Position numbers and translations under genes: made by a program. A model generated the notes under the pieces. It saw only the letters and a program-made list of their open reading frames with translations. It was not told the origin of the DNA and searched no databases. From Flectonema sp. DT1601 (taxonomy: Eukaryota), in the NCBI GenBank assembly GCA_964019425.1, contig OZ025785.1:1240001-1304000 (forward strand): a stretch of DNA of 64,000 nt. Reading direction: 5' to 3'. Numbering within the stretch: position 1 is the stretch's first letter; every line of letters starts with the position of its first letter. Below are positions 21,901-31,300 of the stretch, piece after piece.

Positions 21901-24900
21901 CGGGCACCCTGGAACAGGTAGACAAGGCCCTCCAAATCCTGCAGAAGGAGACGGCGGAGCTGGGGCTGACGCTGAGGCCGGACAAGTGCCAGACGCACGT
22001 GCTCGACTCAGCCCAGAACACCCTGCCCTTGGGGTGGGGGTTGGAAGGGATGAGACCCCCACTGTACAACGGGGACTTCCTGGGGGCACCGTTCGGGACG
22101 GAGGAACACTGCCAGGAGTTCGTCGACAGGAAGGTGGCGCAGCTGGAGAAGAAAGCGGAGCTGCTAGCAGACCTGCAGGACCGGCAGGTGGCCATGGTGC
22201 TCCTAAGGCAATGCATGGGCTTCTGCAAGGTGACCCACCTGATGCGATGCTGCACGCATGGGAAAATGGACACCTCGATGCGGAAGGTGGACGAGCTGAT
22301 GAGGTCCACGGCGAGCCGAGTGTTGGGCCTGACACTGGAGGGGCCAAAGTGGATGCAAGCACAACTGCCGACCCGGATGGGGGGATTGGGGCTGCGGTCA
22401 TGTGCAGAGCACAGGGGAGCAGCACTATTGGGATCCCTGGAATTAGTCCAAGGGGTGAGCAAGTCACTGTGGGAGGGGTTCAAGGGGGTGCTGATGCCAG
22501 CACTGAAGAAGGGGTTGAACCTCGCCCTCCCGGAGGAGCTAAGGATAGAAGAAGACGGGCCGGGGCCGAACCCCCAGAGGCTGTCCTCGGCGAAACTGGA
22601 CCAGGTCAAGAGAGACTGCCTGCTGGCGGGGGCGAATGACCCGCGCGATAAAGGGAGGCTGCTCTCCCTGCGCATGGATAAGGCGAGCGCATGGCTGCAA
22701 CAAGCAGATGAAGAGTGCGCGATGGACCCAGAGACGTTCAGGATCGCATGTGGGATGCGATTGGGCGCAGCGCTGTTCGCGGAAGGGGCAGTATGCAGGA
22801 TATGCTCAGGCCCACAGGATAGGCAGGGATACCATGCCTCAATCTGTATCAAAAACGGCCACGTGCACCAGCGACACGAGAGGGTGAAGGAGGAGTTCAT
22901 CTCCATCTTTAAGCAGGCGGGATTGCCGCTGCTGAGAGAACCCAGCCACCTACTGGGACCCAACAAGCAGAGACCGGGGGACTGGTACTGCCAAGAGGGG
23001 CTGAGGGAGGGGAGAGGCAGAGCCTTCGACATCACAGTGGTAAACCCGGGGAAAATTAAATTGTATAAAACCCCGGGGCAAGCCGCGAGAGAAGCAGAGT
23101 CCCTGAAAGGGAACAAGTACGCGGAGCAGTGCACGAAACACGGGATTAATTTCTCGACAATTGCGCTGGAAGCGTACGGAGGGATGGGACGGGAAGCAGT
23201 GGGAACCCTGAAGAAGTTGGTGCAGATCTGCGCAACGAACTCGACGGTGCCACACCGGGAGATCGCGGGGGAGATGGCGAGGAGGATCTCGACATCGGTG
23301 GTAGTGGCGACGGCGGAAGCACTGAGAGCGAGGGAGGCGTCGGTGGCGATGGACTCAGTGAACCCATTGCCAAGGACGAAACCGCCGCCCGAGATGACGG
23401 AGAAGCCGACATCACAAGAGAGAGAACCAAGACCGAGAGCGGAAACGGAAGAGATCCAGCAGCCGGAAGTAATGCGACAGTCGGCAGGACCGCCCCCGAC
23501 GATGAGAGGTTTGCCGAACATCGGGAACTCCTGCTACCTCAACGCGTCCGTACAGTGCCTGCTGAAGGGCACGGCACTGACACAAGTGCTGACGGGGAAG
23601 GAGGAAGTGGGGATGTCGGGCCTCCTGAGTGGAGTGGTCAAAGGGAGTGGGGAGTGCCTGGAGAAGCTGTCCGAGATGTTCGACCCGCTACAAGACAGGC
23701 GGCAGGGGGAGGTAGTAGGAACCCTGACGTCCATAGTAGACGCCCTGTTGGAGGAGAAGAAAGAGGTGTGCGAACCGTTGTTCTCGGCAGTACAGCTGAA
23801 ACAGCTGGTCTGCACGGGATGTGCGGACGCCTCCGGATCGACGGATGAGTTGACGCTGATCCCACTGTGTGGCCGTACACCACAAGTGAGGCTTCAGCCG
23901 ACGAAGGAGAGAGTCGAGCGGTCCTGCGAGAAGCTGTGCGGCAGCAATGAGGCCACGCTGGAAGAGAGTTTCGCCTCGCTCCCAAGCTCCTTGATCTTCC
24001 AGAGAGACAAGCAGGACACGCAAGGGTCCTTGGGATGGGAAGAGCGCTTCCAGGTGCAGGTCGGGGAGAGGGTGATGACGTACCAGCAAACGGGAGCGAT
24101 CGCACACCTCGGGAGTGACAACGCGGGGCATTACGTGTCATACACGTGGGACGGAGTAGGCTGGCAGAAGCAAGACGACAAGGCAATAAGCCAAGTGTCG
24201 ACAGAGGAGATCCACGGGACGAAACCAGTAGTAGTGGTCTACTCGAGGGTGGAGGGATCGACCCAAGAGGACGTCGGGGTGCCGGTGAGATGGATTCCGG
24301 TGGCGAACAAGGACCGGATGGAGGTACGCGAGGCACCGCCGTCGGAGGAGGACACCGCGGGGTACACGTCCAGGGAAGAGGCGGAGTGTGTCCTCCGGAC
24401 GCGAGTAGTAGGGGGGCAGACGCAGCGCAAGCTGCTCTTACTGGTATCGAGCGTCTGGAACGCGGAGATGGAGAAGCTGGGGGCGGCAGCATGCCTGATA
24501 CACATGGGAACGCTCGACAGGAGGTTCACGTGGTCGGGCTGCCTACCGACATGGGACGAAGCGACTGCGGAGTACGTGGCAGCGCTGCTAGGGCTCAACG
24601 CGATCAGGGAGAGATCGCAACTGCTGGGGGGTGAGACACAGATCGAGGTGGTCACACCGCAGCAGGGGTGGGGAGTCGAGCAGCAGGAGGCGCTGAAGTT
24701 GGTAGCGCTCCCGTCGGTGATAGAACACCAGGTGACGGAAAGCTCACGAGGGGTGGAGAACCTGGCCCTCTGGGAAGCGGAATCGGCGGCATGGGACGAG
24801 CCGGTGGAACTCTCGGAGGACGGGCTCGACTACTTGGTGATCGAGCTGGAGATGAATCTGGGGCTGTCCCAATTGAGGGGAAAGGCGGTGGAACCGGATG

Positions 24901-27900
24901 AATCCCAGTCGCTCCCAGGAGGGTCGACGGCATCAGGCGAAGACAGACCACGAGCCGAAGCGCCAGCCCAGGTGGAAGCGCAGACGACGGAAGCACAAGG
25001 AGCGGAAGCAGTAGGGCTGAGAGACGAGCCAGCACAGGAAGTGGGACAACCCGAGGAAAAAGAGCCCCCATCCCCCGACCCCCCGTCGAAGGAGGAGAAG
25101 CTGTATGCGGTGGCGGTGGGATGGAAACCGGGAGTGTATGCATCGTGGGAGGAGGCGAAGGCACAGACGGAAGGGTGCCCGAATGCGACACACCAGAGTT
25201 TCTCCTCCAGGAAGGAGGCGGACAGGTTCGTAGAGAGGTGGCAGCCGGAGACCAGGGAACCGACCCGGGCCACGGAGGGTGTCAGCCCACGTAAGTGGTA
25301 CGCAGTGGCGAGGGGCAGGGCGGTAGGCCTGTTCCAATGCTGGAACGAGGCGAACTCGATGGTGTCAGGCTACGCGGCGGCGAGACACAAGAGTTTCGCA
25401 AGCAAGGGGGAGGCGGAGGGATACCTCCGAACCCACCTGCTGGGGGAGGTGGTTGGCGAAGTAGGGACGAGGTACACCTTGGTGTACGCATGCGAGGAAG
25501 ACCCGGTAACGGGCCGTCTGGGGGCGGCGGCGAGCTGGTTGGACACACACCGTTTCGAGGTGTTGGGCACATGGTCAGCTGGCCTGCCAGCGGGAGACAC
25601 ACACTGGGGGCGATACTTCGCAGCCCTGGTGGGGCTGGTAGCGGCCAAGGCGTGTGGAGGCCCCGTCCCAGCGGAGGCATCCCTGCTGCTGCGAGGAAGC
25701 ACGACACACTGGTCGACGGACCAGAGAGAGGTGCTGGAGGAGGCGGAGTTGATGGGGAGGCGTACGACGCTGGTGGAGATGCCAGAGAGGATGAGAACAC
25801 ACGCGACGGAGGAGGCTGAAAAAGCGGCGAAGGAGGGCTCGACCTCAGTGACGGAAGCCGTGATGAAGGTTTTCACAGAGGGGGCAAAGAACTGCCTGGG
25901 ACACGGGACACAGACGGGTCCCTTCACGGTGCGGTGGGAGGGAAGACAACTGCGTCTGGAACCCCAGTACACAGAAGAGGGGACGGGATCGTCAGGCGGC
26001 CGAGAGTCGGTGGAAGGAGAAGACGCGAGGGTAGAGGGCCGAGACGAGCAGAGCCCGGTCCCAACCCCGAAGGGGGCCGTGCAAAGGGTAGAGGCGGGAG
26101 TCCTGGAGTTGAGCTCGGAAGGGTCGGAGGGAGATGACGATAGATCATCCTCCCCAGCGACAGGGCAGGACGAAGGGAACGGTTCCATGTCGGGAGGCTC
26201 CTTGGGGAGTCCAGGGACGTCGGACATGGAAGTAGAAGAACAGACGGACGAAAGGGACCAGTCGGTAGACCCGTCGGCAGCAGAGACCTCAGGCGAAAAC
26301 CATCACCTGGCCGAGGACCTGCAAGTCGAGAAGGGGGACGAGCTGGACGAGACGTCCCACCACTCAGGAGAGCCACCGTCGTCAGACGGCATGGACGGAG
26401 TGGAGGGGTTGGAGGACCTGGAAGACTCACAGTCGGAGATGGAAGTCGACGGAGAAAATGTGACGGAAGGGTCAGTAGTCCAGTACGTCGAGGAGACGTC
26501 AGAGGACGTGGTCCAGGTGGCAGAGTCGGACACAGAGGAGGAGGGATCGTCAGACTCCCAAATGACCATGACGGTCGATGAACAGGAATGGGAAGAGGGA
26601 GCGGCGCCCGAGGGGAACGCAGGTCAGATGGCCTGGATGCTGGGACTACACCCAGAAGGGGGGAACGCGGAAACACGACGGGAGGGCCAATCGGAGCCCC
26701 TTTCAAAGCTGGTGAACTCAGGCGAAACAAAACCAATGGCCGAGAGATCCAGTTTGGGGGCGAAGATGGGACCACGCGCAGTGGGTAGTGACGGGAGCGG
26801 GGAAGACGCAGAGAGATCGCCGGGCACGGTGTCGACACCGAGCACGAGAGGGAGGACGAAGTACAGAAAGGGAATGGAGGAGGAGAGGGAGGAGTGTGTG
26901 TCGCCGAAGACAAATACGGGAAGGGGACGCACGAGAGGCCGGAAGGCAAAGACGGGGGCAAAGGGGGCCGGAAAGGAGGACCCAAGTCCGCAGGTGTTGC
27001 AGGCGGAAATGGGAGAGTCCACCCCGAGCTCAGGTGAACGGCAGGCGAGGAGGAGGTACAGGAAGGGAGAAGAGAGGGAGAGGATAGAGGTTCTCTCCCC
27101 AGACCCGAGCAGGAAAGCGAAGAGGAAGAGACGCAAGCAGAAGGAACCGGAGCCAGTGGAGGGCACCACGAGGGAACAGGCGCCGCGGAGTTACAACAGG
27201 AAACCCACACTGCGTCGGGTAGGTAAGGGAGACACACCCGACACAATGGGGTACGCACACGGGCCCCCGGGCTCCCTGACCTCGTTCACGGACGCGGGCG
27301 TACGCCCGGAGCCGGCGGAGCGAGACGGACAAGGTGTGGCAGGAGTAGAGTTGGTCACAAGGTCGTCGTCACAGAGTGAGAAAAGCACCCAAGGAGAGAT
27401 GAGGGAGAGAGAAGGGGATCCAACACGAAGGGTCCTGGACTTCTCGTCGAAAGGGGGAAGGTGCTAGGGACTCCACGAAGGAGGTCTCAAGAGTCGAGGA
27501 AAAAACAGAGCCAAGACCCCAGAGCCAACCCAAAACACATGGTAGAGGACGAGGGAGAACAAGAGCGGGAGCGAGGTTAGAAACGTGACCAAAGCCCCCG
27601 CGAAGCAGGAGACACAACCTGCAACCAGACCCCCCCCAAAAAAAAAAACCCCGGTCAACGAGGCAAACTCGGACCAAAACATGCTTTTCACCCCCCCCCC
27701 AGGAAACACCGACCAGTGGAGCCAAAGGCCACACACATATTATAAAAATCAAAGGCCGCCCCCCAACCCAAGAAAAGGATGAAAAACTTTCAAGCGAAAA
27801 AACTTGACGTCCGTGCGCCCCAGAGATCAAAGGACGGACGACTCACACCCCCTTCTTTCGCCCCATTTTATTTACTGGTACAGCGACAAATGTAAAGCTG

Positions 27901-28198
27901 GGTAGACGACGAATTATTCTTTGTGCACAGAGACAAGGGATCCATGAGAACAAAGGATCAAGAGAAGAAGTGCACATTCCCCCTTCCCAAACCCAGAAAC
28001 ATGAGAACTCATTAAATTGAAGGGTCATGTCTTTTCAAGTCGAAAAATGCTTAAATGCAAAAGAAGACTGTCGTCCCCAGCTCGCGGGTTTTCCCTGTCG
28101 CTGTATGTCGAGACAACGATCAGAGTCAGAAGAAGGATTGTACTATTAACAGCATAATGAAAAAGGACAAAGAGAGTAGTTTCCATTTTATCTTCCCG

Positions 28199-28273
<75 letters not shown>
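18939..28273 (+). mobile_element. CRE/SLACS-like non-LTR retrotransposon (RT + restriction-like endonuclease) with OTU and USP domains; the 5' boundary may extend to 16682
   Basis: Single long GC-rich ORF, ~730-nt 3' UTR and an A75 tail (28199-28273) abutting tRNA-Ile upstream flank sequence. Confidence 0.9.
18945..27467 (+). CDS. Retrotransposon polyprotein: ZnF-OTU-ZnF-RT-CCHC/RLE endonuclease-USP-RNaseH-like-2x RNase H1 N-terminal (hybrid-binding)-RNaseH-like-acidic tail
   Basis: OTU: GDGNCLFRSV...WGD...HYD. RT: SSGGPSG, RPVAVGETWRRLVAK, QLGVAVSGG, KIDFSNAFN, GAQQGDPLGPLLF, YLDDG, QLPTRMGGLG. RLE: CRIC..HASIC, RHE, RPGD..FDITV, KGNKY, ALEAYGG. USP: GLPNIGNSCYLNASVQCL...HLG..AGHY..W..QDD. 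HBD: YAVAVGWKPGVYASWEEAKAQ and YAVARGRAVGLFQCW. The first ATG after the A40 tract is taken as the start. Confidence 0.9.
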   Translation: MEKTMLLCGYVLLWALLSGTRAQQTSGVGKQRLAPVPGGWHTPLFTTLDKGPLFSSRISRRVTRPIPPHPFITPNSSNSPNNTASGRAFQHGREGVWVPRRGTETAGNRVRRDHPKPPPDKGGRELLKRASPKVASKAARRLERRRRKLLKERQERWERWAGELEKFHARRERFRAETERPRKNKAETPRKRRAGPERDWTKPGGHKAEPRPWYARPSDLAGGGQSKERTKCPVVGCSVWVRGDLEYHFKQHLKGVVPGEVTAQMASDRLGKQICKACGELSTGLVHQTVRCREMLDLKGRLGVATGPTPELASLKCEGAKVFRVIGDGNCLFRSVCQLLETPEGWKGRHGELRRRTAGYLTKNRERFEVFFQDADAFGVYARALEEDGCWGDALALQVMAEDLQCRFVVVVRTETLVVEGPSDPKRTLVLTLQNGCHYDPVEASEDCVARLLQSARRLELVSPGPLSQAAGGEPAVLQTASRQAQLHECPQAECPKHKGGFEEWAELLRHVDEHAFSGNPLTHGQLARLGLRECPVCCGIIGQDQPMHPGCSEKLQKVQLGDVYTAFRKRVLESQSFPSLEEIASRRRPIAKKLPVPLLHHLGRALKLALDLVVERNDEWAWKLLLMLPTCTLRRIRRGGRRLSTSNLTGAVDDLQAWIRGDFEGLWKAAAPRKATGRPAVKEAGQKGRNDRATSLAREGCLSQAISALDAPPPAERTEKVLEQMRTLHPRASGPPSATAGQEVQIAEVELLACLRSFHRGSSGGPSGLAPQHLKDVVERGEVPGLVASITEVVRILANGRAPREVAPLLAGANLTALEKEGKPGEHRPVAVGETWRRLVAKILCGAYRSQARSSLLEVRQLGVAVSGGVEAAVHTLHEFRAEHALSSQKVFVKIDFSNAFNCVKRGAFLDSTRDTLLESWVSWCYGAPTWLLFGDERLSSEEGAQQGDPLGPLLFSLAIKPALQKVLEAKPELACFYLDDGLVAGTLEQVDKALQILQKETAELGLTLRPDKCQTHVLDSAQNTLPLGWGLEGMRPPLYNGDFLGAPFGTEEHCQEFVDRKVAQLEKKAELLADLQDRQVAMVLLRQCMGFCKVTHLMRCCTHGKMDTSMRKVDELMRSTASRVLGLTLEGPKWMQAQLPTRMGGLGLRSCAEHRGAALLGSLELVQGVSKSLWEGFKGVLMPALKKGLNLALPEELRIEEDGPGPNPQRLSSAKLDQVKRDCLLAGANDPRDKGRLLSLRMDKASAWLQQADEECAMDPETFRIACGMRLGAALFAEGAVCRICSGPQDRQGYHASICIKNGHVHQRHERVKEEFISIFKQAGLPLLREPSHLLGPNKQRPGDWYCQEGLREGRGRAFDITVVNPGKIKLYKTPGQAAREAESLKGNKYAEQCTKHGINFSTIALEAYGGMGREAVGTLKKLVQICATNSTVPHREIAGEMARRISTSVVVATAEALRAREASVAMDSVNPLPRTKPPPEMTEKPTSQEREPRPRAETEEIQQPEVMRQSAGPPPTMRGLPNIGNSCYLNASVQCLLKGTALTQVLTGKEEVGMSGLLSGVVKGSGECLEKLSEMFDPLQDRRQGEVVGTLTSIVDALLEEKKEVCEPLFSAVQLKQLVCTGCADASGSTDELTLIPLCGRTPQVRLQPTKERVERSCEKLCGSNEATLEESFASLPSSLIFQRDKQDTQGSLGWEERFQVQVGERVMTYQQTGAIAHLGSDNAGHYVSYTWDGVGWQKQDDKAISQVSTEEIHGTKPVVVVYSRVEGSTQEDVGVPVRWIPVANKDRMEVREAPPSEEDTAGYTSREEAECVLRTRVVGGQTQRKLLLLVSSVWNAEMEKLGAAACLIHMGTLDRRFTWSGCLPTWDEATAEYVAALLGLNAIRERSQLLGGETQIEVVTPQQGWGVEQQEALKLVALPSVIEHQVTESSRGVENLALWEAESAAWDEPVELSEDGLDYLVIELEMNLGLSQLRGKAVEPDESQSLPGGSTASGEDRPRAEAPAQVEAQTTEAQGAEAVGLRDEPAQEVGQPEEKEPPSPDPPSKEEKLYAVAVGWKPGVYASWEEAKAQTEGCPNATHQSFSSRKEADRFVERWQPETREPTRATEGVSPRKWYAVARGRAVGLFQCWNEANSMVSGYAAARHKSFASKGEAEGYLRTHLLGEVVGEVGTRYTLVYACEEDPVTGRLGAAASWLDTHRFEVLGTWSAGLPAGDTHWGRYFAALVGLVAAKACGGPVPAEASLLLRGSTTHWSTDQREVLEEAELMGRRTTLVEMPERMRTHATEEAEKAAKEGSTSVTEAVMKVFTEGAKNCLGHGTQTGPFTVRWEGRQLRLEPQYTEEGTGSSGGRESVEGEDARVEGRDEQSPVPTPKGAVQRVEAGVLELSSEGSEGDDDRSSSPATGQDEGNGSMSGGSLGSPGTSDMEVEEQTDERDQSVDPSAAETSGENHHLAEDLQVEKGDELDETSHHSGEPPSSDGMDGVEGLEDLEDSQSEMEVDGENVTEGSVVQYVEETSEDVVQVAESDTEEEGSSDSQMTMTVDEQEWEEGAAPEGNAGQMAWMLGLHPEGGNAETRREGQSEPLSKLVNSGETKPMAERSSLGAKMGPRAVGSDGSGEDAERSPGTVSTPSTRGRTKYRKGMEEEREECVSPKTNTGRGRTRGRKAKTGAKGAGKEDPSPQVLQAEMGESTPSSGERQARRRYRKGEERERIEVLSPDPSRKAKRKRRKQKEPEPVEGTTREQAPRSYNRKPTLRRVGKGDTPDTMGYAHGPPGSLTSFTDAGVRPEPAERDGQGVAGVELVTRSSSQSEKSTQGEMREREGDPTRRVLDFSSKGGRC

Positions 28274-28277
<4 letters not shown>

Positions 28278-28366
28278 TAAGAAAACTTTTATTTATAAAA
28301 AACTTTTCTTTTTTTTGGAGGAGACACGAGTCACGATCCAGGACCAACACTCAAAAAAAAAAAAAA

Positions 28367-31300
28367 GACTTCACGGCGGACACGGTCAGGAAGGAGATAA
28401 CAAGGTATTCTTTGGCAGGAGGTTCGCCATTGGCTTTCCTTAAACAGATCCTAAATAACCTGGCACTGAAGGAGTGCGCGGTGTGGGGGGGGACTCTGAG
28501 GAGCCTGTTCGAATCCAGATTGAAAGCGACACACAGGTGTGTATGTGGGTTTGTGAGGCAGGAGGTGCAGCTGAGTTTCATGGTCTTGGACCCAAAGACC
28601 AAGCCGGAGACAGCAAAGATCATCCTCTTAGGAGGGCCGCTCGAAGAAGAGACGAAGAGTCCAACGATCTGCGAGAGGTGTAGATCGCCAAACAGAGACT
28701 GCACTGTGCAGTGGAGATTCGCCGAGATGCCGCCGATCCTGTTCGCGAAGGAGAGAGTGGAACAGACGACGAGGGCCGCCTTTCAGGTAGAGACTGAAAG
28801 CGGGCCACGCAGTTATGTTTTAACGGGGAGTGTATGTGGCAATGGGAGACATGCAATGACAATGGTAAGAACGCCGAGGAACCGATGGGCATGTGTGAGC
28901 GACGAACGGGTGCGGAGCAAAGAAGGACCAGGCACGGGGCCGCTTTATTGGGTGTATACGAGAATCGAAGGAACGGAGGGTCTGTTAAGTGAGAAGCTCC
29001 TCTCCATAGACCACCGCATGCGGACAAGCCGAGCACTGAAGCCACGCCCAATGGACGATAAATCGGGACGAGCGAGGCGGTGGTACTTTGACCAAAAAAC
29101 ACAAGTAGCGAAGGAGGCGGTGGTAGAAAGGAGGGAAGAGCCAGTTCTGCATGTGGAAAAGCCGAGGGCAGAGCAACCACCATCCCCGTCGGAGCCGAAA
29201 CCTTTGGAGCCAGCATCAAACGGAGACATTGCGAAACTGACGCAAGAGACGAAGGAAGAGCCACCAGTACAAACTAACCGCTCCAAAGGGGACGGTGGGC
29301 AGCAGGCGCTGCCGCCGCCCCAGCTGCTCAAGTCTGAGGCGCGGAGTCCAGAGCGGGCAGAAGGCTCAACAACGGAACCAATGCGAATGGACGGGAGCGA
29401 CCAGACTAAAGACGTCACCGAACCGTCGGCGGGGATAGGATTGCACGCAGGAGGGAATTACTCGGACACATCCCTGTCGCTATCGGAACCGCCGCCTGTG
29501 AAACCCCACGGAAATGTCGAGACTTTGGAGCCAGCATCAAACGGAGACATTGCGAAGCTGACGCAGGAGACGAAGGAAGCGCCACCAGTACAAACTAACC
29601 GCTCCGAAGGGGACGGTGGGCAACAGGCGCCGCCGCCGCCCCAGCTGCTCAAGTCTGAGGCGCGGAGTCCAGAGCGGGCAGAAGGCTCAACAACGGAACC
29701 AATGCGAATGGACGGGAGCGACCAGACTAAAGACGTCACCGAACCGTCGGCGGGGATAGGATCGCACGCAGGAGGGAATTACTCGGACACATCCCTGTCG
29801 CTATCGGAACCGCCGCCTGTGAAACCCCACGAAAATGTCGAGCGGATGCCACAGGGACTGAGTGCGGTGCCATTGACGCTGTCAAAGCAACCGGAGGACC
29901 AGGATAGACGACAGACACCTCCGGCTCCCCAGCAGTCCGTATTAAAACTACAAGAAACAGGACAGGATTTGCTACAGGTCCCGGTGAAAGTAGCCGAGCG
30001 GTCGAAAGAACCGGAGGCGCCGCCTGCGGTAAAAGAAGAGTCGAACCTGCCGGCGAGGAACCTTTCACCACCGGTGTCTATTTTAACACCAAGCCAGGAC
30101 GTGCGGATGCCTACGCAGCCGTTGCGTGATCCCGAGCAGGGAGAACCGCATGCACTTGTGAAACCGACAGAGGGCGCACAGACGCAAGCGAATGGAGTGG
30201 TTTCAGAAGGAGCAGCCCCACAGAAGAGCAGAAGGGAGCCGACAGAACCTAAGACGTCTAGGGAGCAAGGTCTAAAACTGGGCTTTTACGCAACAGGACC
30301 GACCACGTGGGAGACAGCACCGTGGGAAGGAGAGCAAGACCCAGAGGAGGCCCAACAAAAGAGGGAGCCACTGGTACCACAGGAAGCAAACGCTCGGGAG
30401 GAAGACCGCGAGGGATATGACGAACCGACAGCGCGTGGAACAGACGGAGAAGCTGATGTACAGATGGAGAACTATGAGAGCCAGGAAGGGGCGAACTCCC
30501 AGGAACTAATGGAGGAAGTTACAGGGGAGATTGCCGAAACGAGCGAGCCGCTAGCGTATGGAATGGATGAAGGGGGTGATATACTCATGGAGGACTGTGA
30601 ACCGGAATCAAACCTTTTCTGCACGCGGGTAGCGCCAGCGGCCCCGTGTCTTGGTAGCAGAGGCCCGGACGTCACCGAACCGCAGAGCCAAGGGGGTGGG
30701 ACGAATATCCAGACGCGGACCACCTGGATGGAGGGCCTGACGAACCTCGGAGACTCGTGTTACCTGAACGCCACCTTGCAGGCACTACTGAAGGGGTCGC
30801 ATGTGGATTTCCAGCGGGCACGGAACACCCCTCACGTATGCGGGACGAGGTGTACAGTGTGCGCACTAGCACTGGTGCAGGGAGGTGGGTCGCAAGGAGA
30901 GATAACGAGGATCACAAGAGAATGGATGGGAAGAGGACAACAGGACGCCCACGGAGCCCTACTACACATAGTGTCGGACCTGCAGGAAAGAGCAAGACCA
31001 GGCGACCTCTTAGCAAACGCTTTCACATGCATGGTGGCAGTAGAACGCACGTGCATATGCTGTGGCGGAGGGAGCCAATCAATCGAGCTGGACTGCGGCC
31101 TGATACTGCGGGGATGGGACCTACAGTCGGCACTGGAGTCGACGACGATACCACAGGACTACGTGTGCGGACTGTGCGGTACGGGGTCTATGCAGGAGCG
31201 CAGGATTTTGATGGAGGCGCCGGAAACGATGATCGTATGCATTGTGAACGAGAATGCCACGAAAATGGCGCTGGGAGAACAAGTGTCGATGCGGAACAGC

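Noticed and set aside
18806..27388. Many long minus-strand and alternate-frame ORFs (e.g. 445, 464, 547 and 444 aa)
   Set aside because: Shadow ORFs of a GC-rich coding sequence with no recognisable motifs.
28055..28366. N-terminus of the 1827-aa ORF
   Set aside because: It reads through the first element's 3' UTR, A75 tail and tRNA flank; the open frame is fortuitous.
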